64,000 nt of DNA from the NCBI GenBank assembly GCA_965218095.1, contig OZ244587.1, positions 3,232,001-3,296,000 of the forward strand, written 5' to 3'. The notes beneath the pieces are model-generated. The model searched no databases. It had not been told where the DNA came from and saw only the letters and a list, made by a program, of their open reading frames with translations. Source of the stretch: Candidatus Poribacteria bacterium (GTDB lineage: Bacteria > Poribacteria > WGA-4E > PCPOR2b). A program made the position numbers and the translations under genes. Numbering within the stretch: position 1 is the stretch's first letter; every line of letters begins with the position of its first letter. This document shows, piece after piece, positions 52,233-61,765 of this stretch.

Positions 52233-52313
52233 ATAAAAAATCCGCGAAATCCAATAATCCGCGCGAATCCGCGATTCAGACAGTTTCCAAGTCCAACAAC
52301 TCCTCATACAATA
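52233..52313 (+). repeat. ~80-bp direct repeat, copy 2
   Basis: Near-identical to 51471-51551; directly upstream of the ATG at 52331. Confidence 0.85.
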
Positions 52314-52330
52314 TGATTGGGCAGCAGCAG

Positions 52331-53485
52331 ATGAGTAAGAACATGAAAAAATTTATAGCCTGCCTACTATTGGGGGCACTGCTAGGAATGATACCCCCTC
52401 TGTTGCCTGCACAGCAGAATCAAAACACGCAAAAGTCGAATCCGGAAATTGAAGCCCTTAAAAAACGGGTTTCGGAACTGGAACAACAGCTTCAGACTGT
52501 GGAAAATGTTGAGAAGATGGATCTTGCAAGAAACTACGCTGATGCAAAAGCGAAACTTATTAATGTGGATGTTGACAAGCTTAAGTGGGAATTGAGGGAT
52601 TCTAATCATAAATGGCTGACAGGATGGATTTTATTCTTCCTAGCGATTTTATCTGCTATTGGGGTAGGTGTTTGGTCTTGGCTTAAATCTAGAACTAATC
52701 AATTGATAGAGACTGAAGTTGAAAAGAATCTCAATGGGTTTAAGGAGGCTGTGGGCCAAGTAGACACACTGAAAAATCAACAAAAGGTATTAGAAAAAGA
52801 ACATGTAGCTGCTATGTTAGATAGTATTGCTGACAAACCCTATGGGCCCAGATATTCTTATCCTGAACGAATCAAAGCACTTTCTGAAGAAGCTCTTTTA
52901 TGGGTACTTGACGATGAAATATACGGTCGAGTAGTCAGATATCTGGCAGCAGAAGTTTTAGCTAATAGAAAATCTCCTCAATTGCCTTCTCTCTTGCTTA
53001 AATTCTTAAATTCAGTTGTTGATTGGGAAAAAGACCGACTTGAAACGTATACCTTTGCCCCACTTTCCCTGATACATTTTCTCGAAGAAATATACACGCA
53101 CGAGGTCTATCAAGGACTTAAAAGATTCCTCAACCGTTTATTGACAGAAAATCCAAAAAACAAGGATTTGTTCCTACCGGAGACAGTATCTTCACTCGCT
53201 GGAATTGGTGTTAAATTGAATATGGGAGACTCGGTTCCCATACTGAAAACAGCTATACCTCATTTGAAGAATCCAAGCCACAAGGTCCTAAGTGACTTAG
53301 CTAGGTATTTTGATATATTCAATGAACCAGCAGGTATAAAGGAAATCCTAATCAATCATGTAACAAGTGAGAGGTCTGGTATGGAGGAGGTAGAGAATAG
53401 ATGCTTAGAACTATTGCAAAAGTACGGTCCCGCGTTTGTAGCAGAATGGCGAGCAAGAGCAACAACAGATAACAGCAACGCATAA
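52331..53485 (+). CDS. Hypothetical membrane protein (signal peptide, coiled coil, TM, HEAT-like helical domain) inserted between mod and res
   Basis: 'MKKFIACLLLGALLG' signal, coiled coil, TM 'WLTGWILFFLAILSAIGVGVW', 'RYLAAEVLA'; lower GC. Confidence 0.75.
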   Translation: MSKNMKKFIACLLLGALLGMIPPLLPAQQNQNTQKSNPEIEALKKRVSELEQQLQTVENVEKMDLARNYADAKAKLINVDVDKLKWELRDSNHKWLTGWILFFLAILSAIGVGVWSWLKSRTNQLIETEVEKNLNGFKEAVGQVDTLKNQQKVLEKEHVAAMLDSIADKPYGPRYSYPERIKALSEEALLWVLDDEIYGRVVRYLAAEVLANRKSPQLPSLLLKFLNSVVDWEKDRLETYTFAPLSLIHFLEEIYTHEVYQGLKRFLNRLLTENPKNKDLFLPETVSSLAGIGVKLNMGDSVPILKTAIPHLKNPSHKVLSDLARYFDIFNEPAGIKEILINHVTSERSGMEEVENRCLELLQKYGPAFVAEWRARATTDNSNA

Positions 53486-53494
53486 GGATCCCTC

Positions 53495-56400
53495 ATGAAT
53501 CAAGACCAACTCGAAATCCCAATCCAACCCGTTGAACGTCCCATCCTGTGCAATCCCTATGAAGAACCGGACGCACATTGGGTTTACGATACTGAAACCG
53601 GCGAAGCGATCAAGCAGCCGGGCAGACGCGCTGCGGGGTACTGGTACAAAACACAACGCACAGGCAGTCAGCAACTCCAACTCTTTCAAGAAGAAGAGCG
53701 GGATGACCTGCCATTAGTCAATGCGCTGCGCGATGATGTCAGGAGATGGCGTGAATCAAATTACCGAAACGCAACGGTTGTGACGCGGGAATTGCTGCGC
53801 CACTGGACGCGAGAAGACAAGGAACGCCGCCTCTTTTTCTGTCAGTGTGAAGCGGTTGAAACGATCATATACATCGCCGAGATCCGGCAGGGGTGCAAAA
53901 AGACCGGCTTTAACCCGCAATTTACGAAGGCGGATCTCGCTAAATTGGTTGATTCTCCCAACACCCCTAACATCCCGGATCTAATCCGCTACGGCTGCAA
54001 AATGGCGACCGGCAGTGGCAAAACGGTGGTGATGGCGATGCTGATTGCGTGGGCGTTCTGCAATCGCGGGAAAGTGCCTTCCGATGAGCGTTTCCCCGCG
54101 GCGGCGTTGATCGTCTGTCCGAACCTGACAATCAAAGAACGGCTTCAGGTCTTGAGACCCGAATCCCCGGATAACTACTACGATGCGTTTGAACTCATCC
54201 CGACAAAACTCCGCCCCTTGCTCAACAAAGGGAAAGTGCTTGTGACCAACTGGCACCAATTCGCGCCGGAGTCCGCGCACAGCGAAGGTGGTCAAAGTTA
54301 CGCGGTCGTGAACAAAGGCGAAGAAACACCGGACGCCTTTGCAAAGCGCGTGTTGGGTGAACTACATGAACACGCTCCGATCATGGTGATGAATGATGAG
54401 GGACATCACGCCTACCGTCCCGCACCTACCGATGAAAAGCTATCCGCTAACGCCAAAAAGGGACGTCAAGATGCTACCGTCTGGATTAGCGGCTTGGACA
54501 CGATTAATCAAGCGTGCGGCATCCGTTTCTGTGTAGATCTCTCCGCCACGCCGTTTTATATTCAAAACAGTGGTCACCCGGAAGGCTCCCCCTTCCCGTG
54601 GCTCGTGAGCGATTTCGGGTTGGTGGACGCAATTGAGAGCGGCATCACGAAGATTCCCCGATTGCCGGTCAGCGATACGACGGGCAGACCTGAACCGAAA
54701 TTCTTCCGACTCTGGGAAGCAATTCAGGAAGAAATCCTGCCAGCGGATCGACTGCCGGGCAAAAAGCCGAAACCGGAGGCGGTCTATCGTGAGGCGGAAG
54801 ACGCACTTAACACCCTCGCCAGTCAGTGGAAAGAACGTTTTGAATACATCGAGCAGGCATCGGATGCCCAAGAGAAAACGCCCCCTGTAATGATCATTGT
54901 CTGCGACAACACCAATATCGCGGAGCACTTCTTTGAAAAAATCTCCGGCGAGGAGGTCGTTGAGTTTGATGTAGGGGCATCCCTTGTGGTTGCCCACAAC
55001 CAAGGAAAAGGAAAAAAGAAAAAACAGACCCAAACTGTCTACGGACAAGGGCAGGTATTTCCCGACATGCTATCAAACAGCGAAGGCATTTCACGAACCC
55101 TGCGAATTGATAGTAAAAAACTGGCTGAGGCGGAAAGCGAGAACCCACAAAAGAACAAGACGCAGGCAGCAGAGGACTTGCGTCGCGTGGTCGCAACAAT
55201 CGGAAAGCCGGGGCAGCCCGGGGAACAGATTCGATGCGTTGTGTCTGTGGCGATGCTGAACGAGGGGTGGGACGCGAATAACGTTACCCATATTCTGGGA
55301 CTACGCGCCTTCAGCAGCCAATTGCTCTGTGAGCAGGTGGTCGGGCGCGGATTGCGCCGCATGAATTACACGCCAGACCCGGAAACCGGGCTGTTGACCG
55401 AGGAATATGTCGATGTATACGGCATCCCGTTTTCTGTGATTCCATTCAAGGGACGCCCTAAGAACAAGCGTGAGCCCATTGACAAACCGAAAAACCACGT
55501 CCGGGCGATGCCAGAGCGGGAAAAGGACTTTGAGATAAGATTTCCCATTGTTGAAGGATACGTTTTCGCACTTCAAAAAGATGAAATCAAGGCAGATATT
55601 AAAGCGATTGAACCGCTGATCCTTGAACCGGAATACACACCGACCGCCGTTTTTGTCAAACCAACAGCCGGCTATGAAATCGGTTTGCCAACCACCTTAC
55701 GCCCCGGTCCAGCTATACTTCAAGACCGCGAAGAATATTACAAGGCAACACACATTCAAGCCATCAAGTTTGAGATCTCCCGCCGGATCATTACGGCATT
55801 AGTCGGTGATCGTGAAAACCAGCCAGATCCAAATAGCAATCCTAAACTTCGGCTGCAATCTCGACACCGGTTGTTCCCTCAAGTATTCAGGTTGGTTGAT
55901 AACTATGTGGAAACAAAGGTAGATCTTCGCTATTGTCATCCGTGCGAGCTCGGACAAGAAAAATATGTAATTCGTATCGTTGAACGGCTTATTGCTGCGA
56001 TTCAGCCCAATGAGACACAGGGTGAAATTCCACTAATGCCTATCTTGAACCGTTACAAACCGATTGGTTCATCATCAGAAGTAGACTTTATGACCGCGCG
56101 TCCTTGTCAGGGGACACAACGGAGTCATATTAATCAGGTTGCGCTGGACACTCAGACATGGGAACGCGCTGCTTGCTTTGGACTAGAGCAATCTGAGGTT
56201 GTGGCGTACTATGTTCGGAACGATCATCTGGGGTTCGGCATTCCGTATGAGTATACCGGCGCTTCTCACAGTTATGAACCGGATTTTATCGTCCACCTCA
56301 AGAACGGTGTCAACCTAATTTTGGAAATCAAGGGCTTTGAAACCGAGCAAGACCGTGCCAAACATACCGCTGCTAGACGGTGGGCATCCGCAGTCAGTAA

Positions 56401-56497
56401 CTGGGGAAGGCTTGGAAAATGGGAGTTTTATCCTTGCAAAGACCCTCAACGGATGCGGCACGAATTGGCGTTTTTAGGACGTAGTAGCGGTTCGTAG
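53495..56497 (+). CDS. res: Type III restriction endonuclease Res subunit (BPTD_3080-like)
   Basis: 'KMATGSGKT', 'NDEGHH', 'DLSATP', 'MLNEGWDA', 'EQVVGRGLRR', PD-(D/E)xK 'YEPDF...LEIKG'. Confidence 0.93.
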   Translation: MNQDQLEIPIQPVERPILCNPYEEPDAHWVYDTETGEAIKQPGRRAAGYWYKTQRTGSQQLQLFQEEERDDLPLVNALRDDVRRWRESNYRNATVVTRELLRHWTREDKERRLFFCQCEAVETIIYIAEIRQGCKKTGFNPQFTKADLAKLVDSPNTPNIPDLIRYGCKMATGSGKTVVMAMLIAWAFCNRGKVPSDERFPAAALIVCPNLTIKERLQVLRPESPDNYYDAFELIPTKLRPLLNKGKVLVTNWHQFAPESAHSEGGQSYAVVNKGEETPDAFAKRVLGELHEHAPIMVMNDEGHHAYRPAPTDEKLSANAKKGRQDATVWISGLDTINQACGIRFCVDLSATPFYIQNSGHPEGSPFPWLVSDFGLVDAIESGITKIPRLPVSDTTGRPEPKFFRLWEAIQEEILPADRLPGKKPKPEAVYREAEDALNTLASQWKERFEYIEQASDAQEKTPPVMIIVCDNTNIAEHFFEKISGEEVVEFDVGASLVVAHNQGKGKKKKQTQTVYGQGQVFPDMLSNSEGISRTLRIDSKKLAEAESENPQKNKTQAAEDLRRVVATIGKPGQPGEQIRCVVSVAMLNEGWDANNVTHILGLRAFSSQLLCEQVVGRGLRRMNYTPDPETGLLTEEYVDVYGIPFSVIPFKGRPKNKREPIDKPKNHVRAMPEREKDFEIRFPIVEGYVFALQKDEIKADIKAIEPLILEPEYTPTAVFVKPTAGYEIGLPTTLRPGPAILQDREEYYKATHIQAIKFEISRRIITALVGDRENQPDPNSNPKLRLQSRHRLFPQVFRLVDNYVETKVDLRYCHPCELGQEKYVIRIVERLIAAIQPNETQGEIPLMPILNRYKPIGSSSEVDFMTARPCQGTQRSHINQVALDTQTWERAACFGLEQSEVVAYYVRNDHLGFGIPYEYTGASHSYEPDFIVHLKNGVNLILEIKGFETEQDRAKHTAARRWASAVSNWGRLGKWEFYPCKDPQRMRHELAFLGRSSGS
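54971..54995 (+). repeat. REP-like palindrome inside the res coding sequence
   Basis: GTAG + GGGCATCC-CTTGT-GGTTGCCC, read in frame as VGASLVVA. Confidence 0.7.
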
Positions 56498-56598
56498 TAG
56501 CGCAATTGATTGCGCGTTTGGGATGGTGATGAATCATCCCGCTACACGGGATCTCGCTACGCTAGAGACCTCACTACAAACCATTACTTTCTTTTTGA
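56494..56598 (+). repeat. REP-like element, right direct repeat of the RM island
   Basis: GTAGTAGCGCAATTGATTGCGCGTTTGGGA...TCACTACAAACCATTACTTTCTTT; supplies the res stop codon. Confidence 0.8.
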
Positions 56599-56660
56599 AG
56601 ATTACTTGGGATTCCCTCACGTGATGGGGGCGCCTGTTCATTGGTTAGAAGGAGGAGCCC

Positions 56661-57473
56661 ATGAGAAAATTCTTAAGGCTTGCTACCTGTGTGGCAGTTA
56701 TTTACTTGGCGATTCTGCCGATAGTCTTTGCACGAGCCATCGTATCAATCCAACCACCGGAGATGAAGTCCCCAGCAGTTGGGAAGCAGTTCACAGTGAA
56801 TGTGAACATCGCAGGCGGGGTGAATGTCACTGGGTATCAAATCACTGTGAGGTTCGACCCAACGGTGCTTTCGTTGGTCGACTTAGAAAATGCCGATTAT
56901 CTGCCAGCCGGCGCCTTTGCCGTGCCGCCCGTCCTCACTGATGATAGCGCAACACTTGCGGCGGCCTCTCTGGGTGGCGCATCGAACGGAGACGGCGTCC
57001 TCGCAGCCGTCACGTTTGTGGTCGTCAAAGTTAAAAGTTCTACAATCGGGCTTGTAGATGTCGCGCTTTCAGATCCGGAAGTTGTCCAGTTAGACGTAAT
57101 AACCGCAAATGGTCGGATTGCCGGCCCGGTGGGTGTCAATGAGTTTCCTCTTGCCATCATTGAAGCAGCCCCTGCCAAAGCAGCAGCAGGTAAAGCGGTC
57201 GCGTTAAGCGGCGCCGGTTCGGTGGACAGCGGTCGAATCATGAGGTACGTGTGGAATTTTGGCGATGGATCTGGCGTCGGGCAAGGCGATATCGTCGAAC
57301 ATGTTTATGACAAGCCGGGCGAGTATACTGTCACTCTCACCGTTACTGACAATGGTAATCCCCCGCTAACAGATCAAGCGACTCTGTTCATCACAGTGGC
57401 TGATGAAGCATTTACTGTCCACCTACAAAGAAAAATGGTCACAACTTGGGGCGGTCTTAAAATCACAAGATAA
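56661..57473 (+). CDS. Secreted cohesin + PKD domain protein
   Basis: Cohesin 'FTVNVNI..VTGYQITVRFDPTVL', PKD 'YVWNFGDGS...HVYDKPGEYTVTLTVTD', tail 'KMVTTWGGLK'. Confidence 0.88.
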   Translation: MRKFLRLATCVAVIYLAILPIVFARAIVSIQPPEMKSPAVGKQFTVNVNIAGGVNVTGYQITVRFDPTVLSLVDLENADYLPAGAFAVPPVLTDDSATLAAASLGGASNGDGVLAAVTFVVVKVKSSTIGLVDVALSDPEVVQLDVITANGRIAGPVGVNEFPLAIIEAAPAKAAAGKAVALSGAGSVDSGRIMRYVWNFGDGSGVGQGDIVEHVYDKPGEYTVTLTVTDNGNPPLTDQATLFITVADEAFTVHLQRKMVTTWGGLKITR

Positions 57474-57506
57474 AAAGAGGTACTAAAACAAAAGGGAGAT
57501 CAGGGT

Positions 57507-58535
57507 ATGAGACTGATTCAGTTTCACTTGCCAGACAGGCGGATTGGATACATTGATGGTGAGCACGTTGTCGACTTGACCAGTGTCAACGCGGAGTGGA
57601 CGCAGACCTATTATCTCTTCTTTGAAGCTCGCAGAAGCGGCAAGACCATCAGCGCATACCTTGCCGATATTCCCACTGATAATGCGGATCGTGTGCCGTA
57701 TGATCAACTGTTAGCTGGGCGTCCGGGGGATGCGAGCGGATGGATTCTGCCTCCACTCGACCACCCAGATCCGGCGCACTGTTCAATTTCTGGAACGGGG
57801 CTAACGCATCTGGGAAGTATGGAAGCGCGCGACCAGATGCACACGATTGTCAACGCCGACGAAGCGACGAAGACAGATTCCCAGAAGATGTTTGAGATGG
57901 GGTTAAAGGATGGCAAACCGGAGCCCGGCGCGCGTGGGGTTCAACCGGAATGGTTTTACAAAGGGAGCGGCGCAAGTTTGCGGGGACACAACGACTTTCT
58001 GGATATACCCGACTTCACAGAAGATGGCGGTGAGGAGCCGGAAATCGTTGGTTGCTACGTGATCGACGACAATGGGATTCCCTGTCGGCTCGGCTTTGCG
58101 ATCGGCAACGAATGGGCAGACCATCCTATGGAGCGCGTGAACTACCTGTGGCTTGCCCCCTCGAAGATGCGCGTCTGCGCGGTTGGACCGGAGTTGGCAA
58201 CAGACCAAACGTTCACCGATGTCCGGGGAAGCTGCCGCATCGTGCGGGGAGCAGAGGAAATCTATCATTCCGGGGAGCTCCTCACGGGCGAAGCACACAT
58301 GAGTCATACGCTTGCCAATCTCGAAGACCATCACTTCAAGTACCCGCACTTTCGGGTGCCTGGCGATGTGCATTTGCATTACTTCGGAACGATGAAACTC
58401 TCCTTCCTGGATCGGCCGACCTATCAAACAGGCGATCAGATCGAGATCCGTTTTGATGGAATGGGGGCGCTGCTCGTCAACCATGTCCGTCAGATTCCGA
58501 TTTCTGAGAAGGCTGTGAGCGTGGAAAAGGGATGA
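57507..58535 (+). CDS. GguC/AraD1-like FAH-family protein
   Basis: 'PPLDHPDPAH', 'GTGLTHLGS', 'QPEWFYKG', 'EDGGEEPE', 'ANLEDHHFKY..FR.PGDVH.H.FGT'. Confidence 0.9.
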   Translation: MRLIQFHLPDRRIGYIDGEHVVDLTSVNAEWTQTYYLFFEARRSGKTISAYLADIPTDNADRVPYDQLLAGRPGDASGWILPPLDHPDPAHCSISGTGLTHLGSMEARDQMHTIVNADEATKTDSQKMFEMGLKDGKPEPGARGVQPEWFYKGSGASLRGHNDFLDIPDFTEDGGEEPEIVGCYVIDDNGIPCRLGFAIGNEWADHPMERVNYLWLAPSKMRVCAVGPELATDQTFTDVRGSCRIVRGAEEIYHSGELLTGEAHMSHTLANLEDHHFKYPHFRVPGDVHLHYFGTMKLSFLDRPTYQTGDQIEIRFDGMGALLVNHVRQIPISEKAVSVEKG

Positions 58536-58559
58536 AGTTTATCTCTAAATAAATCGTCA

Positions 58560-58589
58560 TTGACATCTGTTCTAAAATCCCAATATAAT
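58560..58589 (+). promoter_or_regulatory. sigma70 promoter of SDR-VOC operon
   Basis: TTGACA-N18-TATAAT. Confidence 0.7.
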
Positions 58590-58672
58590 TACCGATGGAC
58601 TTCCGCTTCGATAATGCGAAAGATGAGTTACATTCGAGAAAAGATTAAACGACTTCAAAGGGGGTAGCAAAG

Positions 58673-59491
58673 ATGGAAAGATTGGACCAACCGTCTGCTC
58701 CGGCGTCCCGCCGGCTGGCCGGCAAAGTCGCAGCGGTCACCGGGGCCGGACAGGGAATCGGCAGGGCAATCGTCTGCCGATTGACGCAGGAAGGGGCATC
58801 GCTTTTCGCCAGCGACATCAAAACAGATCTCCTGGAGAAACTGGAGCACGACGTCAAAGCGACCGGCGCCCAAATCACCACGGAGGTCTTCGATGCCGCC
58901 AAAGTGGCTGACGCCGCGCGTTTCGTCCAGGCCGTGGTCGAGCGGTGCGGACGCATCGATATCTTTGTCAACAATGCGGGGGGAATCCGGGCCCAGCCGT
59001 TCCCCGATGTCACCGAAGAGACATGGAACTGGACGTTAGACCTGAACCTCAAAGGTCCCTACTTTTACATGCAGGAAGCGGCCAGGCGAATGACGGTGCA
59101 AAAAAGTGGCACGATCATCAATTTGGCCTCGGTCGCTGGTATTGCTGGAGGGATGACCTATTCACCGCCTTATGCTGCCAGCAAGGCCGCGATTATTAAC
59201 CTCACCAAGGTGGCTGCCGCCAAGCTTGCTGAGTTTGGGGTAACAGTAAACGCCGTTGCCCCCGGCATTGTCGACACAGCTTTTAACTGGCGACTTGATG
59301 AGGAGATTGGCGTCAATCAGATGGGGCTGACGCCGGGGGAGTTGTTAAACCGTCGGCGTGCGTCTATCCCCATGGGGCGGCTCCAACAACCGGAAGACAT
59401 CGCCAACGTTGTGGCTTTTTTGGCGAGTGAAGATGCCGCTGAGATGACCGGCGAGACGATTGTGGTTTCCGGTGGTTTGGTGATGCGGTGA
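58673..59491 (+). CDS. Short-chain dehydrogenase/reductase
   Basis: 'TGAGQGIG', 'NNAG', 'YAASK', 'VNAVAPG'. Confidence 0.92.
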   Translation: MERLDQPSAPASRRLAGKVAAVTGAGQGIGRAIVCRLTQEGASLFASDIKTDLLEKLEHDVKATGAQITTEVFDAAKVADAARFVQAVVERCGRIDIFVNNAGGIRAQPFPDVTEETWNWTLDLNLKGPYFYMQEAARRMTVQKSGTIINLASVAGIAGGMTYSPPYAASKAAIINLTKVAAAKLAEFGVTVNAVAPGIVDTAFNWRLDEEIGVNQMGLTPGELLNRRRASIPMGRLQQPEDIANVVAFLASEDAAEMTGETIVVSGGLVMR

Positions 59492-59515
59492 ACAAGGAAA
59501 ACCCAGGAGGATTAG

Positions 59516-59890
59516 ATGGTACAGCGTATAGATCATATTGAGCTAATCGTCTCAGACGTCGAGCCGTATGTGCAGCTCTTTAAGCTGGGATTCAAGCTCC
59601 TGACCCGGACCTCGCACCATGGCGAATCGGTGGAGTTGCAGCTACCCGGTCCCAATCAACCAATCTTTGAAATCCACCAGGTCAGCGGGGAGGAGAACAT
59701 CGGCGTCAACCATATCGCCTTTCAGGTGGACGACGCGCACAAAGCTTATGAGACACTTAAGGGCGCTGGGGTGCCCTTTGAGGGGGGACCCACCTTTGTT
59801 GAAGCGAGCGGACGGATCGTGGTCAATTTCCGGGATCCCGATGGTTGGCGGCTTCAATTGGCGGATGCAAAAAGAAAAGCGCCTCAGTAG
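59516..59890 (+). CDS. VOC/glyoxalase family protein
   Basis: 'IDHIELIVSD', 'NHIAFQVDD', 'FRDPDGWRLQL'. Confidence 0.9.
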   Translation: MVQRIDHIELIVSDVEPYVQLFKLGFKLLTRTSHHGESVELQLPGPNQPIFEIHQVSGEENIGVNHIAFQVDDAHKAYETLKGAGVPFEGGPTFVEASGRIVVNFRDPDGWRLQLADAKRKAPQ

Positions 59891-60208
59891 CCACAGTTTG
59901 GGGAAGGTAAATTCACTCGTTGCGTTGGGTTGCATCCATCACTTTGCGCCTTGAGATTCAAAGCAAGAATCGTCAAGCGGTTTACGCTTGTTGATCTGAT
60001 TTTGCTCTCAGCGACACTCTCCTGAATGGCAATTACTTCGTCAAAGTTTTCGATAAACAGATCCACTAGTTTTGGATTGAACGATATTTGTAATTATACT
60101 TCAATAGGTCACAAATCATCTTAACGGAGACACGAGGCGGTTTTGAGCCACTCTTGTCCTCTTCGGAACTATACAGGATCGCGTATCTGTCTCTGGAAAG
60201 GTAATACC

Positions 60209-61633
60209 ATGAATTTGAACGTTCTACTCATATCCACCTACGAAATGGGACGTCAGCCTTTTGGTTTAGCCTCACCTGCTGCCTGGTTACGTGACGCGGG
60301 CGCCCATGTTCGATGTCTCGACCTATCGGTTGAATCTTTCTGCGAAGATGCAGTTACATCCGCAGACCTCATTGCCTTTTATGTGCCGATGCACATGGGG
60401 ACCCGGATGGCGGTAAGTATGTTAGATGGCGTTCGTCAAATCAACCCCGAGGCACACCTTTGCTTCTACGGACTGTACGCCTCGGAAAGCGAGTCTTATC
60501 TACGTTGCTCAGGTGTAGATACGATCCTTGGCGGAGAATTTGAAACAGGTCTGGTAGATTTGGCGAAGCGGCTCTCGAACTCAAATAACGGAAAGACCAC
60601 GACAGGCACCCAACCGGAAGCCATCGTGTCCCTGGCCCGCCAAAAATTCCTCGTGCCAGATCGCGTGGGGCTGCCAGACCTGACAAAGTACGCGCATTTG
60701 GTCACATGTGAAGGGCGGCATCTGACCGCTGGGTACGTGGAAGCCACCCGTGGGTGTAAACATCTCTGTCGTCACTGCCCCATCGTGCCAGTCTACAACG
60801 GAAACTTTCGCGTTGTTCAGCGGGAAGTCGTACTGGAAGACATCCGCCAACAGGTCGCCGCTGGTGCACAGCATATCACGTTTGGTGACCCCGATTTCTT
60901 TAACGGTGTCAGTCATGCGATCCGATTGGTCACTGCACTTCACGAAGAGCATCCCCATTTGACTTATGATGTGACCATCAAAGTGGAGCACCTTCTCAAA
61001 CATGCAAAACATCTTAAAACGCTCAAAGAAAGCGGCTGCCTGTTTATTACCTCAGCGGTGGAGTCGTTCGATGAGCACATCCTGACAATATTCGAGAAGC
61101 ATCATACGGTGCGGGACTTTGAAGCCGTATTGAGCCACTGTAGGCAGGCCGGCTTGTTGCTGGTTCCCACCTTTGTCGCCTTTACACCGTGGACGACCCT
61201 TGAGGGCTATCGCACTTTATTATGGGGGGTTGCCCGTCTCGGGCTGGTTGATGAGGTTTCCCCAATCCAATACGCGATCCGCCTCCTGATTCCGCCGGGC
61301 TCCAGACTGTTAGAAGTCCCGGAGGTACAGGAGATTGTTGGAAGTCTGGACGAGTCCATGTTGTCCTACACATGGACGAATCCCGATCCACGGATGGATA
61401 CCCTCCAAAAAGACTTGGAACGCCTGGTCCAAAAGTGTGCGGCTCAACAGCTTCCAAGGCGCGAAACCTTCCAGCAGATTTGGGAGCGGACCCACCAGGA
61501 AGTGACTGAATGCTCGGATGCAATTCCCCACCCATTTCTGGCTGATCATCCAAGTTTTGTTCCCTATCTGACAGAGCCATGGTATTGTTGAGCGGAGCCG
61601 ACTGAGGAGCAGTTTGCTTCTCTATATCTTTGA
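60209..61633 (+). CDS. CUAEP-tail B12-binding-like radical SAM (seleno)protein
   Basis: 'ISTYEMGRQPFGLASPAAWL', CxxxCxxC 'GCKHLCRHC'; after TGA (61589-61591) the frame reads WYC-U-AEPTEEQFASLYL*. Confidence 0.88.
61594..61620 (+). promoter_or_regulatory. Putative bacterial SECIS hairpin
   Basis: GGAGC-C-GACTG-[AGGAG]-CAGTT-T-GCTTC immediately 3' of the in-frame UGA. Confidence 0.65.
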
Positions 61634-61765
61634 ACCTCCACCAGTCATTAGTCAGATGCTCCAGCGACTGTTGATTTTTGATTTTCCTTTTTGGACAAAT
61701 CTATAATTACTTACGTAATGCGTATCGCGTATAACATTTCACATTTATGGAGAGGAGTATTCTTT

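Noticed and set aside
59884-60066. Possible type I HsdS N-terminal remnant (MDLFIENFDEVI...)
   Set aside because: Too short and the similarity too vague to support.
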